Origin: a virus
DNA: 45,792 nucleotides
Strand: one strand, 5' to 3'
IMG/VR virus record: IMGVR_UViG_3300045988_123020
Location: 1-45,792 of that record
The notes under the pieces were generated by a model, which ran no database searches, was not told where the DNA came from, and saw nothing but the letters and a program-made list of their open reading frames with translations. Shown here piece after piece: positions 27,394-35,643 of the stretch. The first letter of the stretch is position 1. Each line of letters starts with the position of its first letter. Made by a program: the position numbers and the translations under genes.

Positions 27394-28197
27394 GTGGGAC
27401 TGAATGTATTCCAGTCCCTCCGTAAGGGCGTTTCCGGCCAGCAGCCTCTCCCCCATGTCCCCGCTTTCAAGGAATTGTATGACGCGGGCGTGACCCCGAG
27501 GCGGGGGCAGGTGGTGATGGTTGCTGGCCGGTCAGGGTCGCAGAAGTCGGGGTTTGCCCTGTATTGGGTTGCCAGTATGGGGCTACCCACCCTGTATTTT
27601 TCGGCGGACATGGCCCCGTTTACGGCGGGCGTGAGACTGGCAAGTATCGCCACTGGCATGTCGTCTAAGGAAGTCGAAGCCATGATGGGCACAACGAACG
27701 GGCGAGCGCAGATCGAACAAGCAGCAGCGAGCCTGCCTATTGAACTGTCGTTTGGTTCCCCGATTACGTGGGAGCAGGTGGAGGATGAGCTTAACGCTTA
27801 CGTGATGCTCCACAACATGTTCCCCAAGGTCGTGGTGTTCGATAACCTGATGGACTTTGCCGGGTGCGAGTCGGACTATGAAGCGCAGATGGGAGTCATG
27901 CAGGACGTGATCGCGTTTGCGCGCACTACGGGGGCGACGGTGATCGTTTTGCACCATGCGTCGGATAAGACGCTGGATGCGAAGTCGAATCCCTGGAAGC
28001 CCCCATCGAGGGACCAGATCAAGAACGGCCTGTCAGAGAAGCCTGAGTTGACTCTGACGGTGGCCCTGGACCCTATTAACAAGGAGTTTTATGTCGCGTG
28101 CGTGAAGCAGCGTGATGGGTTTTGTGACCCGTCTGCTTCACGGTATGTCGGCTTGGCGTGTGACCCGTCGCGGACCTGGTTCGGGAAGCGCGGGTAG
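27394..28197 (+). CDS. DnaB-like / RecA-fold replicative helicase-type ATPase
   Basis: Walker A is VAGRSGSQKSGFALYW and Walker B is KVVVFDNLMDF. The sequence then continues GATVIVLHHASDK, typical of the DnaB C-terminal/KaiC-like fold. Confidence 0.75.
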   Translation: MGLNVFQSLRKGVSGQQPLPHVPAFKELYDAGVTPRRGQVVMVAGRSGSQKSGFALYWVASMGLPTLYFSADMAPFTAGVRLASIATGMSSKEVEAMMGTTNGRAQIEQAAASLPIELSFGSPITWEQVEDELNAYVMLHNMFPKVVVFDNLMDFAGCESDYEAQMGVMQDVIAFARTTGATVIVLHHASDKTLDAKSNPWKPPSRDQIKNGLSEKPELTLTVALDPINKEFYVACVKQRDGFCDPSASRYVGLACDPSRTWFGKRG

Positions 28198-28223
28198 CGC
28201 GATGGAAGGAGTGTGAGTCTGTG

Positions 28224-28394
28224 ATGCCTGTTTGGCTGGTAGTAATTCTGGCGATTCTCGCGAGTTTCGCGCTCATCGCTGGACTGCCCTTTCTGTTTGT
28301 TTTCTTTGAGGTGTTCGGGGCCTGGTATGACAGCCTGCTTGATCGCCTAGAGGCGGCTACGGAAAGATTCTGTCAGAAACGCGGCTGGTTTTAA
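28224..28394 (+). CDS. small membrane protein (56 aa, below ORF-track cutoff)
   Basis: Hand-translated as MPVWLVVILAILASFALIAGLPFLFVFFEVFGAWYDSLLDRLEAATERFCQKRGWF. RBS GGAAGGAG lies upstream. Confidence 0.45.
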   Translation: MPVWLVVILAILASFALIAGLPFLFVFFEVFGAWYDSLLDRLEAATERFCQKRGWF

Positions 28395-28403
28395 CTGGAA
28401 GGA

Positions 28404-28739
28404 ATGAAAATGAGTGTGACAACAATAAGCCTCATCGTAGCACTGGCGTGCAACGCCGCAACGGCGCTTGTTCTCCTGCAAGTACAGGCGCAACTGCGCG
28501 ACTTGCGTAAGGCGTGGATACGGATTGAGGCGTCCGACTTGGACCACGGGCTACGCCTGACCGTCGCAGAAAAGCAGATCAAGGATATGCGGACGGGGGC
28601 GCGCGAGCTGTCTCGCACGGTCGGCATGATCGACCGCGACGTGCAGGAGCTTACCAACGGCGCGTATGCGGGTAGCGGGGATGACCATGAGGCGAGGTGC
28701 CTCGGCTGCTCTGCGTGCATGAGGGGGGACTGTAACTGA
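28404..28739 (+). CDS. membrane-anchored coiled-coil protein (start 28404 or 28410)
   Basis: N-terminal TM helix ISLIVALACNAATALVLL, then a helical region, then a C-terminal CLGCSACMRGDC Cys cluster. RBS GGAAGGA. Confidence 0.55.
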   Translation: MKMSVTTISLIVALACNAATALVLLQVQAQLRDLRKAWIRIEASDLDHGLRLTVAEKQIKDMRTGARELSRTVGMIDRDVQELTNGAYAGSGDDHEARCLGCSACMRGDCN

Positions 28740-28846
28740 TGCCAGTGTCAATGATGATCCTCCTCGCAGAGTACGCGATTATCGGCCTGGTCGTCGGCTG
28801 GATGGGGCGCGGCCTGTGGGATGAGTGGAAGTGGGATAAGCGATGA
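28739..28846 (+). CDS. small membrane protein (35 aa)
   Basis: ATG overlaps the upstream TGA, and its own stop overlaps the next ATG (ATGA). Hydrophobic core ILLAEYAIIGLVVGWMG. Confidence 0.4.
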   Translation: MPVSMMILLAEYAIIGLVVGWMGRGLWDEWKWDKR

Positions 28847-29208
28847 CAAACCGAAACAAGGCCAAGGGTACGGCGTGGGAAACCGACGTCCGCAAGTTCC
28901 TGCGGGAACACCAGCTTGACGTCGAACCTCTGCGACAGTTAGGCACAGTGGACGAGGGTGACCTGGTCGTGCGTACGCCAAACACGGACGCCCGCATCGT
29001 GCTAGAAGCCAAGAACCGGGGGCAGGTGAGCCTCCCACAGTTCTTGCGTGAGGCGGCGGATGAGTCCGCACTGTACGCCCACAACCGGGGCATCCCACAA
29101 GCCGACACGTTCGGCGTGGCAATCGTGAAGGCCAGGCAGAAGCCCACCGGCCAGGCGTATGCGGTCCTCACGTTGGAGGATTTCGCGCGCCTCATGAAGC
29201 GCCTCTAA
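28843..29208 (+). CDS. PD-(D/E)xK endonuclease, Holliday junction resolvase-like (Hjc/RecU-type)
   Basis: KGTAWETDVRKFLREHQ...GTVDEGDLVV...IVLEAKNRG matches the G..E...(n)..D.GD...(n)..E.K resolvase motif. Confidence 0.65.
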   Translation: MTNRNKAKGTAWETDVRKFLREHQLDVEPLRQLGTVDEGDLVVRTPNTDARIVLEAKNRGQVSLPQFLREAADESALYAHNRGIPQADTFGVAIVKARQKPTGQAYAVLTLEDFARLMKRL

Positions 29209-29256
29209 GGGGCGCCACACAGAACCAGATCAACACACAATAACGGGGGTGTCCAC

Positions 29257-29649
29257 ATGGGTGAATGGAACACGCGGACAGGTGATGGCGGTCGCCTGAA
29301 GGCCACGCTGGACCACTTCAACGTGGACGCCCCCCACGGTTCAAGGAAGATCGTGTGCCCCTTTCATGGGGACGTCAACGCCTCTCTCAGCATCGACTGG
29401 GGCAAGGGCCTGTGGCACTGTTTCGGCTGCGGGCGAGGCGGGGACTGGCTTTCTTGGATCATGGAGGAAACAGGAGGGTCTTTCAAAGATGCCAAACGTT
29501 ATGCAGCCACTGTCGGACTTGACGGTGGCGGAACTGGCGGCGAGGGCCGCCCACTACCAGCAGCAGGCCGATGGGGCCAGAACATACCTGCAGGCGCGGG
29601 GTCTCAGCGTCGCAACATGCGAAGCCGCGCGACTCGGCTACGTTGGTGA
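29257..29649 (+). CDS. DNA primase, zinc-finger (zf-CHC2) part
   Basis: CPFHGDVNASLSIDWGKGLWHCFGCGRGGDWLSWIMEETGGSFKDAKRYAA is the DnaG CHC2 zinc-binding domain. After about residue 85 the frame becomes Gly/Arg-rich junk. Confidence 0.75.
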   Translation: MGEWNTRTGDGGRLKATLDHFNVDAPHGSRKIVCPFHGDVNASLSIDWGKGLWHCFGCGRGGDWLSWIMEETGGSFKDAKRYAATVGLDGGGTGGEGRPLPAAGRWGQNIPAGAGSQRRNMRSRATRLRW

Positions 29650-30118
29650 CCCGTATCCGGGCGATGAGCAGTACCAGGGGTGCCTGGTTATCCCCCACAT
29701 GAATATGGACGGGGTGACGACGGGCATCCGGTTCCGCCGCCTGGATGGCGGGGAACCGAAATACACAAGCCGTTCTGGTGAGCGGTTCAATATCTACAAC
29801 CTGAATGGCGTGAAGGGGGCGAGGGTTGCCCACATCGCTGAGGGCGAGCTGGACACGCTGAGCCTGGTCGAGTGCGGCCTGGCCGCGTGCGGCATGCCGG
29901 GAGCATCCTACTGGAAGCCCTGGATGGGACTCGCATTCGCCGGGTGTGAGCAAGTGTACGTGTGGGCTGACGGGGATGAGGCGGGCGACCGTCTGGCCGA
30001 GGCTGTGACGGATAGCCTGCAGCAGGCCGTCAGGGTGACAGTGCCCCGTGGTGAAGATGTGAACAGTCTCCTCGTGGAAGGGGGTGCGGCATGCGTGACT
30101 GGTTTGATCCCTCGCTGA
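29489..30118 (+). CDS. DNA primase, TOPRIM catalytic part (different frame; open from 29366)
   Basis: YLQARGLSVATCEAARLGY, then HIAEGELDTLSL (TOPRIM Glu) and VWADGDEAGD (DxD). AGGAGGG lies 11 nt before ATG 29489. Confidence 0.75.
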   Translation: MPNVMQPLSDLTVAELAARAAHYQQQADGARTYLQARGLSVATCEAARLGYVGDPYPGDEQYQGCLVIPHMNMDGVTTGIRFRRLDGGEPKYTSRSGERFNIYNLNGVKGARVAHIAEGELDTLSLVECGLAACGMPGASYWKPWMGLAFAGCEQVYVWADGDEAGDRLAEAVTDSLQQAVRVTVPRGEDVNSLLVEGGAACVTGLIPR

Positions 30119-30489
30119 ACGTCGAGGGGCCGATGACGGCTGACCGCGTGCGGGAACTGCTTGCGGTGGAGCCGCCCGAGCTGGACGCTATTTCGGATGA
30201 TGTGCCCGGCCAGGCTCCTATGCTGTGGCGGGCGTTCCGAAAGGGCATGGACTGGTTCTGCCGTCGTTCTCGGGTGCCTCGTGAGGAGGTTATGGGCTGG
30301 CTGTACTTGAAGGCGTTCGACCGTGCTCAGTACGTTGCGGACAAGTGGAACGTGGCAGGCGAGGCTGGCCTGGTGAACTGCCTGAGCGAGCTGCTGTTCC
30401 GGGACTACCCGGATTACAAGCACCACGAACACGAGGTGCCCTGGGACTTCAACGCGCTCCCCGATGAGTTCGAGAAGGGGGACGCGTGA
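30091..30489 (+). CDS. hypothetical protein (possible sigma region-2-like partner, speculative)
   Basis: It overlaps the primase 3' end and has an ATGA-type junction with the next gene. Protein-like and Trp/Asp-rich. Confidence 0.5.
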   Translation: MRDWFDPSLNVEGPMTADRVRELLAVEPPELDAISDDVPGQAPMLWRAFRKGMDWFCRRSRVPREEVMGWLYLKAFDRAQYVADKWNVAGEAGLVNCLSELLFRDYPDYKHHEHEVPWDFNALPDEFEKGDA

Positions 30490-30869
30490 GGTACGACCCC
30501 GGAATGATGGTGAAGCTCCTCCCCCTCGCGTTCGATAAGCAGCGCGGGTGGGGCGTGAGCCTGTCCGAGACGCACATTGAGGCTGGCATGCCAAGGGCTA
30601 AGCGCGACCCGTCCGAGGGCGGGGACTTGATGGCTATGTGCGCGGACGCTCAGCGCGCCTACTGGCACCTATCCCAGGATGAGCGAAACGTAATCGGCAA
30701 CCGGCTAATCCTCATGGCGACACAGGAGGAAGTGGCCTCCGCGCTTGGCGTGCCGTTGATGACGGTGCGTCGTAGGGAGTTTCGTGGTGTGAGGAAGATG
30801 TGCGAGTTCCTAAACGGACGCCCACTCAACGACGGGCTAGACGATGATCCTTTGGAGGTGACCCTATGA
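30486..30869 (+). CDS. sigma-70 region-4-like HTH transcription regulator
   Basis: LSQDERNVIGNRLILMATQEEVASALGVPLMTVRRREFRGVRKM fits the region-4 pattern (L...er.vi.l....g.t..EiA..lgv...tV..r..ra...l). Confidence 0.55.
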   Translation: MRYDPGMMVKLLPLAFDKQRGWGVSLSETHIEAGMPRAKRDPSEGGDLMAMCADAQRAYWHLSQDERNVIGNRLILMATQEEVASALGVPLMTVRRREFRGVRKMCEFLNGRPLNDGLDDDPLEVTL

Positions 30870-31132
30870 GCGACCCGGTGCATGATCGTCTCAATGTGAT
30901 TGAGCGCGGCCTGCGTGCCGAGCTTGAGGAGTGCAGGGAGGCGATTGCGGCGGCTGACCTACTGCTTGTCGTGTCGGCTCGCGTGTGCGGCCGCGACTCG
31001 CTTGACAACACGGTCGCATGCTTGCGTCGCCTGCGTGGCGAGCTGGGGGCCTGTAAATTGCAGGCGCTAACATCGCTTGGCCTCCTAGCACATTCTCGGG
31101 TTTACGCAACTCGAATGGAGTGCAAGGATTAG
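30866..31132 (+). CDS. hypothetical protein
   Basis: ATGA overlap with the upstream gene. Last gene of the rightward arm, with a helical composition. Confidence 0.5.
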   Translation: MSDPVHDRLNVIERGLRAELEECREAIAAADLLLVVSARVCGRDSLDNTVACLRRLRGELGACKLQALTSLGLLAHSRVYATRMECKD

Positions 31133-31177
31133 GCCCCGTTGCCTCCAATGGTGCCAGTTAATTCTGCGTTCACATGC

Positions 31178-31231
31178 TTCCCCCCGCTCCCAGCTGCCTT
31201 ACGGCGGTTGTGGGGCGGGGGGGATTTTTTG
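31178..31231 (+). terminator. intrinsic terminator ending the rightward arm
   Basis: Outer stem CCCCCCGC/GCGGGGGG, inner stem CAGCTGCC/GGCGGTTG, then ATTTTTTG. Confidence 0.7.
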
Positions 31232-31378
31232 TTGCCATCGTGCGGGAAGCAGGGGGTGAGCAGGGAGGGCAGGTAGCGCAAGGAAAACAGTGCGACTAGA
31301 ACGGGTAGTTTTGCGCTCCCACCTCTCATTTAGGTTGATATTGTGCGAATATTGGAAGCCTCGCCCTGCGCCTATTGC

Positions 31379-32542
31379 CTACTTATTGCCAGTTTTATCT
31401 TCAGTTGCGTGCGGCACGATATTGATGACTGTTTCGGGGATTGCGCCGTCGAGCTTCACGTAGTAGGCGATGGTGGTTTGCACGTTCGCGTGCGCAAGCC
31501 AGGCGGACGCGGCCCTTGCTCCGTAAGTGTCAAAGATGATGGAGCCTACGGTTTTCCGTAGCGTGTGAATTGACAGGTCCGCGTATCCGAGGCCGGTCAG
31601 GACTTTCCTACACTCAACGTACATGTGCGGCTTTGTGTGGGGGAATAGCCGGTCTCCCGAGACTTGTTCGCGTCTGCGTCGCAATCGGTCCACCTGCCAT
31701 TGGGGGAGCGGCTTGGGCGGGTAGGTGCGGCGCGTTTTCTTGGAGGCGATGCTGAGGAGCGTTCCTGTTTGCAGGTCGATGTCGTTCCATGTGAGGGCGA
31801 ATAGTTCTCCACCGCGCACGCCAATGTGGGATTCTAGGATGAGCGCGTCAATGCATGACTGGACGACGGGGCGTGGGGCTGGATGGGTTTCGAGTTGGTT
31901 GACCAGGGTTGCGAGGTCGTTTGGGGAGAGGATTCGGTCAGGGTCGAGGCGCGCTTTAACGGCGCTGATTGGCTCTGTGGTGGGAGGCTTGACGACCGTG
32001 AGTGGGGTGAGGCTGATCGAGTCGGCTGCGAGCTTAAAAGCGACCCCTAAGCCTGCCTTGAGCGCCGTTCTGGCACGAACTTCCCCGTGCTTGAGGGCGT
32101 ATACGTCGTACAGTTGCGTGAGGGCGCTAGTGGTGATGGCTTCACTGATGGGGAGTTTCCACCATTCGGGCGAGAGGGTTTTGCTGTGTGCTACGGCGCT
32201 TTCGTATGCGCGCTGGGAGCCGTCTGTGAGGCGTTGGTGGCGCTGGGAGTGAACGTATGCGTCCCAGACTTCCGTTGGGGTGCTTTGTGGGGTGATGACG
32301 CCTGACGCGTGTTTGGCGTCGTCAATGTACTGTTTGGCTTGTTGTTCGCATTGTCGGATGGCTTGGCGTTTGCTGGTTGCGATGGTGCGGATGCGTTTGG
32401 GGGTATTGCCGCGTCGGCCTACGAGGACGCTTGCCCTCCAGTGGGTACCGTCCGGGTTAACGACCCATGCTTTGCCTTGTTTGGATACTCGGGTGGTGGT
32501 GATGTTGCCTAGTTCGCCTGGTTGGAGTGCGCGGCGTGCCAT
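31379..32542 (-). CDS. int: tyrosine integrase
   Basis: ELFALTWNDIDLQTG, IHTLRKTVGS (HxxR) and LAHANVQTTIAYYVK (catalytic Tyr region). There is an N-terminal SAM-like arm domain. RBS AGGAAGG precedes ATG 32542 (ORF open to 32632). Confidence 0.9.
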   Translation of the reverse strand: MARRALQPGELGNITTTRVSKQGKAWVVNPDGTHWRASVLVGRRGNTPKRIRTIATSKRQAIRQCEQQAKQYIDDAKHASGVITPQSTPTEVWDAYVHSQRHQRLTDGSQRAYESAVAHSKTLSPEWWKLPISEAITTSALTQLYDVYALKHGEVRARTALKAGLGVAFKLAADSISLTPLTVVKPPTTEPISAVKARLDPDRILSPNDLATLVNQLETHPAPRPVVQSCIDALILESHIGVRGGELFALTWNDIDLQTGTLLSIASKKTRRTYPPKPLPQWQVDRLRRRREQVSGDRLFPHTKPHMYVECRKVLTGLGYADLSIHTLRKTVGSIIFDTYGARAASAWLAHANVQTTIAYYVKLDGAIPETVINIVPHATEDKTGNK

Positions 32543-32581
32543 GCTTGAGGGGCCTTCCTGCGTGAGGTGAGTGTTGGCCGC

Positions 32582-32587
32582 ATTGTA
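32582..32587 (-). promoter_or_regulatory. candidate int promoter, extended -10 (TGcTACAAT)
   Basis: The minus strand reads ATGCTACAATGCGG about 35 nt upstream of the int ATG. It lies directly after the upstream terminator. Confidence 0.35.
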
Positions 32588-32612
32588 GCATGTGTTGCCT
32601 GTTTTGTGGGTA

Positions 32613-32703
32613 GCAAAAAGCGGCCCCCTCACAGGAGAGAACCGTTACTCTCACCACCCCCGTGTGGGGCGGGTTGAGTGTTGGTCTCCCTTGTGAGGGG
32701 GCC
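32613..32703 (-). terminator. intrinsic terminator closing the leftward small-gene operon, upstream of int
   Basis: A 19-bp imperfect inverted repeat (32622-32640 / 32685-32703) has an internal CCCC-ACAC-GGGG(G) sub-hairpin. On the minus strand it is followed by GCTTTTTG. Confidence 0.6.
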
Positions 32704-32718
32704 GCATGTTGGCGTGGT

Positions 32719-33063
32719 CTAGTTGGCTGCAAAGTACTTGAGTGTTACACCCTGATCGACTGCGCGAGTGAGAGTCTCCCACAGGACTGTAGACGACGAC
32801 CAGGTGCCAATTCTACTAATCCAAGGGTTTCCCGGATTGCAAGTTCGGAAGAAGCGGGCGCTCGGCGTGACAATGACTGTGCCGGGCGCGCAGTCAATCA
32901 GCTCACGCGCCGCCTGCAGCTCCCAATACGTGCCGGGGTGGGTGATGGACTCAAGGCGCAGGACAGGCTTGGGCTTGAGCATGTCCTGTAGGGTTTCCAG
33001 CCGGGCCTTGACCTCGTCGCACTGCTTGATGGCCTCAGCGATGTGCATGCTGGTTTCTGTCAT
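32719..33063 (-). CDS. hypothetical protein, divergent member of the tandem IHVG paralog family
   Basis: RBS GGAGAGGAAAC precedes ATG 33063. It has an N-terminal helix and the core APGTVIV...FFR...W...LWETL. Confidence 0.6.
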   Translation of the reverse strand: MTETSMHIAEAIKQCDEVKARLETLQDMLKPKPVLRLESITHPGTYWELQAARELIDCAPGTVIVTPSARFFRTCNPGNPWISRIGTWSSSTVLWETLTRAVDQGVTLKYFAAN

Positions 33064-33076
33064 GTTTCCTCTCCGT

Positions 33077-33433
33077 TCAGTTGCCCACATGGATGATGTC
33101 GCACTCGCCCACATGTTCAAGCATGCGGCGGAACATCTCGCGGTGCGAGTGTTCGTGTCCGAGACAGTCGATCCAAGGGCTGCCCGAATAGCCTGTCCGC
33201 ATGTATTCAACGCCTCCCACGCTGATTATGGTCCCGAGGCTTAGTCGGTCAAGGCTGGTGGGGGTCGTGAACGTGCGAGGCGTCCTTCCAACTACGTGCG
33301 CCGTGATTGGCTCCTCGTTGTTGTCAAGGATGCGCCCGGTTTCCTTTTCGAGTTGTTCGACCAGGCTGTGTGCCTCGCATAGCGCGTCGAACGCATTGTT
33401 GTAGAGGTTGAGGGTTTCGACTAGGGTTTGCAT
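33077..33433 (-). CDS. hypothetical protein, IHVG paralog family
   Basis: RBS GGAGGA. Core LGTIISVGGVEYMR...PW...SHREMF...DIIHVGN. Confidence 0.65.
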   Translation of the reverse strand: MQTLVETLNLYNNAFDALCEAHSLVEQLEKETGRILDNNEEPITAHVVGRTPRTFTTPTSLDRLSLGTIISVGGVEYMRTGYSGSPWIDCLGHEHSHREMFRRMLEHVGECDIIHVGN

Positions 33434-33446
33434 GTTTTTCCTCCGT

Positions 33447-33698
33447 TTACTTGATTCCTACGTGCAGGATGTGGACGGGTAGTCCTTCCTCCTGCCAGTA
33501 GGTGAGGTAGTGCCAGAACTGGTCGGTTGTGAGGACCCGCCCGTCCACGTGCGCCCATCCTGTCTCAACGCGCATGTATTCCCACACGTTCATGAGGATG
33601 ACGGTGCCGATTGGCAGTGCGCCGAGTTCAAGCGGGTCGCAGATCGCCTCGTATGGGGGTTGTGGGTCTCGTTCCTGGTATGGTGTTATGCGGATCAT
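33447..33698 (-). CDS. hypothetical protein, IHVG paralog family
   Basis: RBS GGGAGA. Core LPIGTVILMNVWEYMRVETGWAHVDG...TTDQFW...VHILHVGIK. Confidence 0.65.
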   Translation of the reverse strand: MIRITPYQERDPQPPYEAICDPLELGALPIGTVILMNVWEYMRVETGWAHVDGRVLTTDQFWHYLTYWQEEGLPVHILHVGIK

Positions 33699-33712
33699 GT
33701 TGTCTCCCGTGT

Positions 33713-33982
33713 TTATGCTGCGCCGACGTGGATGAGGCTAATGGGCCACCCGCCCTGTTTGCGGGCGACGATCAGGTTCCACATTTCCTTGTGGGTTAAT
33801 CTCTTGCCATCGATGTGCACCCAACTGGGCCAGCAGCCCGCGAGACGCATGTATTCCCAGCCGTTCATGAGGATGATCGTGCCGGGCATGAGACTGGCAA
33901 GATGGTCAGGGCCTTTCAATTCCGTGATGCGGTGACTAGCTGTGCAGTCGTAGTGGGTGTCGAGCTGGATTGATTCGGTCAC
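33713..33982 (-). CDS. hypothetical protein, IHVG paralog family
   Basis: GTGA overlap with the upstream gene. Core MPGTIILMNGWEYMRLAGCWPSWVHIDG...THKEMW...SLIHVGAA. It is clearly alignable with 33447-33698. Confidence 0.65.
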   Translation of the reverse strand: MTESIQLDTHYDCTASHRITELKGPDHLASLMPGTIILMNGWEYMRLAGCWPSWVHIDGKRLTHKEMWNLIVARKQGGWPISLIHVGAA

Positions 33983-34284
33983 CTGTATGCGTCTCCGTTG
34001 TAGAGGAACACCGTATCTTCGGGCGCGGAAGCGCGGATGGATTGAGCGAGTTCTAGCTGAGAGAGGCTACCTCCGTCGCCAGCCGTCCACGTGTTGCTAT
34101 CTTCCTTAAACCAGGTCGTGCCGTCTAGGAGGATGATTGCGCCGTAGAACAGGAATGACAGGTCGAGTTTCACTTCCGCGCCGAGGGCAGTAAGCTCAAC
34201 CACGGTTTTCCCTGGCTCGCCCGCTTCAATGTTGTCGAACAGGTTTTCGATGTGTTCGATCAGGGTTTCTTTCGTGATCTCCAT
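33979..34284 (-). CDS. hypothetical protein, divergent IHVG-family member
   Basis: RBS GGAGG. Core YGAIILLDGTTWFK...W...SLSQLELA...VFLYNGD. Confidence 0.6.
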   Translation of the reverse strand: MEITKETLIEHIENLFDNIEAGEPGKTVVELTALGAEVKLDLSFLFYGAIILLDGTTWFKEDSNTWTAGDGGSLSQLELAQSIRASAPEDTVFLYNGDAYR

Positions 34285-34299
34285 TTGCGCGGGCCTCCG

Positions 34300-34641
34300 T
34301 TACGCGTCGGGCTGGTGGACGATGCGGAATTGTTCACCCTCCGCTGCATTCCCGCGCAGGAGGTCGTAGAACTGTTCGAGGCTGTAGCCGTCTGGTTCGC
34401 CGAGGCTGGTGTGGGCCGACGACCAGTAGATTCTTCCGCGTGGGGCGCGCAGATAGACGTGCTCCCCGTCCCCGGCGATGACGGTCCCGAACGGGAGAAG
34501 CAGGTCCGACTTGTTGTTCACTACAAGTTTGGCCCTTCCGGGCAGGTTTTGAATGGTGAGCGTCTTATCGCCTTCCTTGAGGGTTTCGACGCTGGCTTTG
34601 AGCGCGTCAATGCGCGTACGGTATGTTTCAATGCTTGCCAT
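34300..34641 (-). CDS. hypothetical protein, IHVG-family member
   Basis: RBS AAGGAAGGA precedes ATG 34641 (ORF open to 34818). Core PFGTVIAGDGEHVYLR...YW...SLEQFY...FRIVHQP. Confidence 0.6.
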   Translation of the reverse strand: MASIETYRTRIDALKASVETLKEGDKTLTIQNLPGRAKLVVNNKSDLLLPFGTVIAGDGEHVYLRAPRGRIYWSSAHTSLGEPDGYSLEQFYDLLRGNAAEGEQFRIVHQPDA

Positions 34642-34658
34642 GAGTACCCGTCCTTCCT

Positions 34659-35006
34659 TTAGAGGTCCGCGCACGAACAGTCGCCCGTGTGGGCGTAGTG
34701 CAGGTCGTCCGCGTTTTTGAGGGCGAGGAGATACAGCTCCTCGCTTGTTGCTTGCATCCCGCCCATAAAACACTGCCACCGCTGCGGCCTGATGGGGCGG
34801 ATGCTGAGGGCCATCCATTCGTTGCCGTCAATCACGACTACGGCCCCGGATGTGCAGCCGTCCAGCCCGCTCGGGCCTGTGATAACCAGGTCGTTAAGGC
34901 CGTTGATGCCCTCAAATGTGAGCTTGCCGTGGCCAGGGTCGTTGAGCAGTTCTGTGAGGAGGCGCTGAACGTCCCCAATCGCGCGCATGTAGTTGTCGTC
35001 AGCCAT
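34659..35006 (-). CDS. hypothetical protein, IHVG-family member
   Basis: RBS AGGAGAA precedes ATG 35006. Core SGAVVVIDGNEWMAL...RW...TSEELY...LHYAHTGD. Confidence 0.6.
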   Translation of the reverse strand: MADDNYMRAIGDVQRLLTELLNDPGHGKLTFEGINGLNDLVITGPSGLDGCTSGAVVVIDGNEWMALSIRPIRPQRWQCFMGGMQATSEELYLLALKNADDLHYAHTGDCSCADL

Positions 35007-35110
35007 TTCATTTTCTCCTAAACGATGATGAGTAAGGGGGCACGCCCAGGACAAGCCCGTTAAGGCCCCTAGGCGCGCCCCTAGCGCCCAAACAAGGGCT
35101 ATGCGTGTAA

Positions 35111-35431
35111 TCAGTCGGACTGGCCGCTGGTAGCGCCCGTACGGGCCTCTGCGAGGATTTCAGACAGGGCATCCGCCCCCACCTTGTAAACCCCAGCCTT
35201 CACGATGCCCACCGTGTGCTCGCGCAAGCGCTCAACGGGCTTGCCGTTGGCGATAGCCTCGTCCAGGAGGGCGAGGGTTTCCGGGTGCTTGCACTTGATT
35301 TCCCACGTGTCATTCATGACGTCGCGGACCATTGTGGTGCCCATCTGTTTGTTGTTGACGATGAATGTGTGCTCGCCTTCCATGATGGCTTCAAGCGCCG
35401 CCCCGAGGCTGGCGTTCTGCTGGATGCTCAC
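35111..35431 (-). CDS. hypothetical protein
   Basis: GTGA overlap with the upstream gene, with GGGAGGTGG upstream. Protein-like sequence (EGEHTFIVNNKQMGTTMVRDVMNDTWEIKCKHPETLALLDEAIANGKPV). Confidence 0.55.
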   Translation of the reverse strand: MSIQQNASLGAALEAIMEGEHTFIVNNKQMGTTMVRDVMNDTWEIKCKHPETLALLDEAIANGKPVERLREHTVGIVKAGVYKVGADALSEILAEARTGATSGQSD

Positions 35432-35643
35432 GCGACCACCTCCCATTCGTGGGTGCCCTCGCGGTGGACGATGACGCCACCCTGGTCCGTGTTCCCGATG
35501 AGGTCTCCAATGTTGACCGTGTTGTCGCGGCGTCCGAACACGATTCGGGGCACGACGCCTCCGGGGGTGACCTGGTTGACGACGTCCCCGCCGTGCTTGT
35601 TTGCCAGGAGGATGATGTTGTTTGCGGTGACGCGTTCGATCAC
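35428..35643 (-). CDS. hypothetical protein (alternative start ATG 35679)
   Basis: GTG 35643 forms a GTGA overlap with the upstream membrane-protein gene, the coupling pattern used throughout this genome. It ends ...GGVIVHREGTHEWEVVA. Confidence 0.5.
   Translation of the reverse strand: MIERVTANNIILLANKHGGDVVNQVTPGGVVPRIVFGRRDNTVNIGDLIGNTDQGGVIVHREGTHEWEVVA

Noticed and set aside
32622-32703. The large hairpin upstream of int as attP or a tRNA-derived core
   Set aside because: No T-loop or acceptor-like sequence is present. The structure followed by a U-tract on the minus strand is fully explained as the terminator of the upstream operon. The shared CCCACACGGGGG with E5 is in the opposite orientation at the RNA level.
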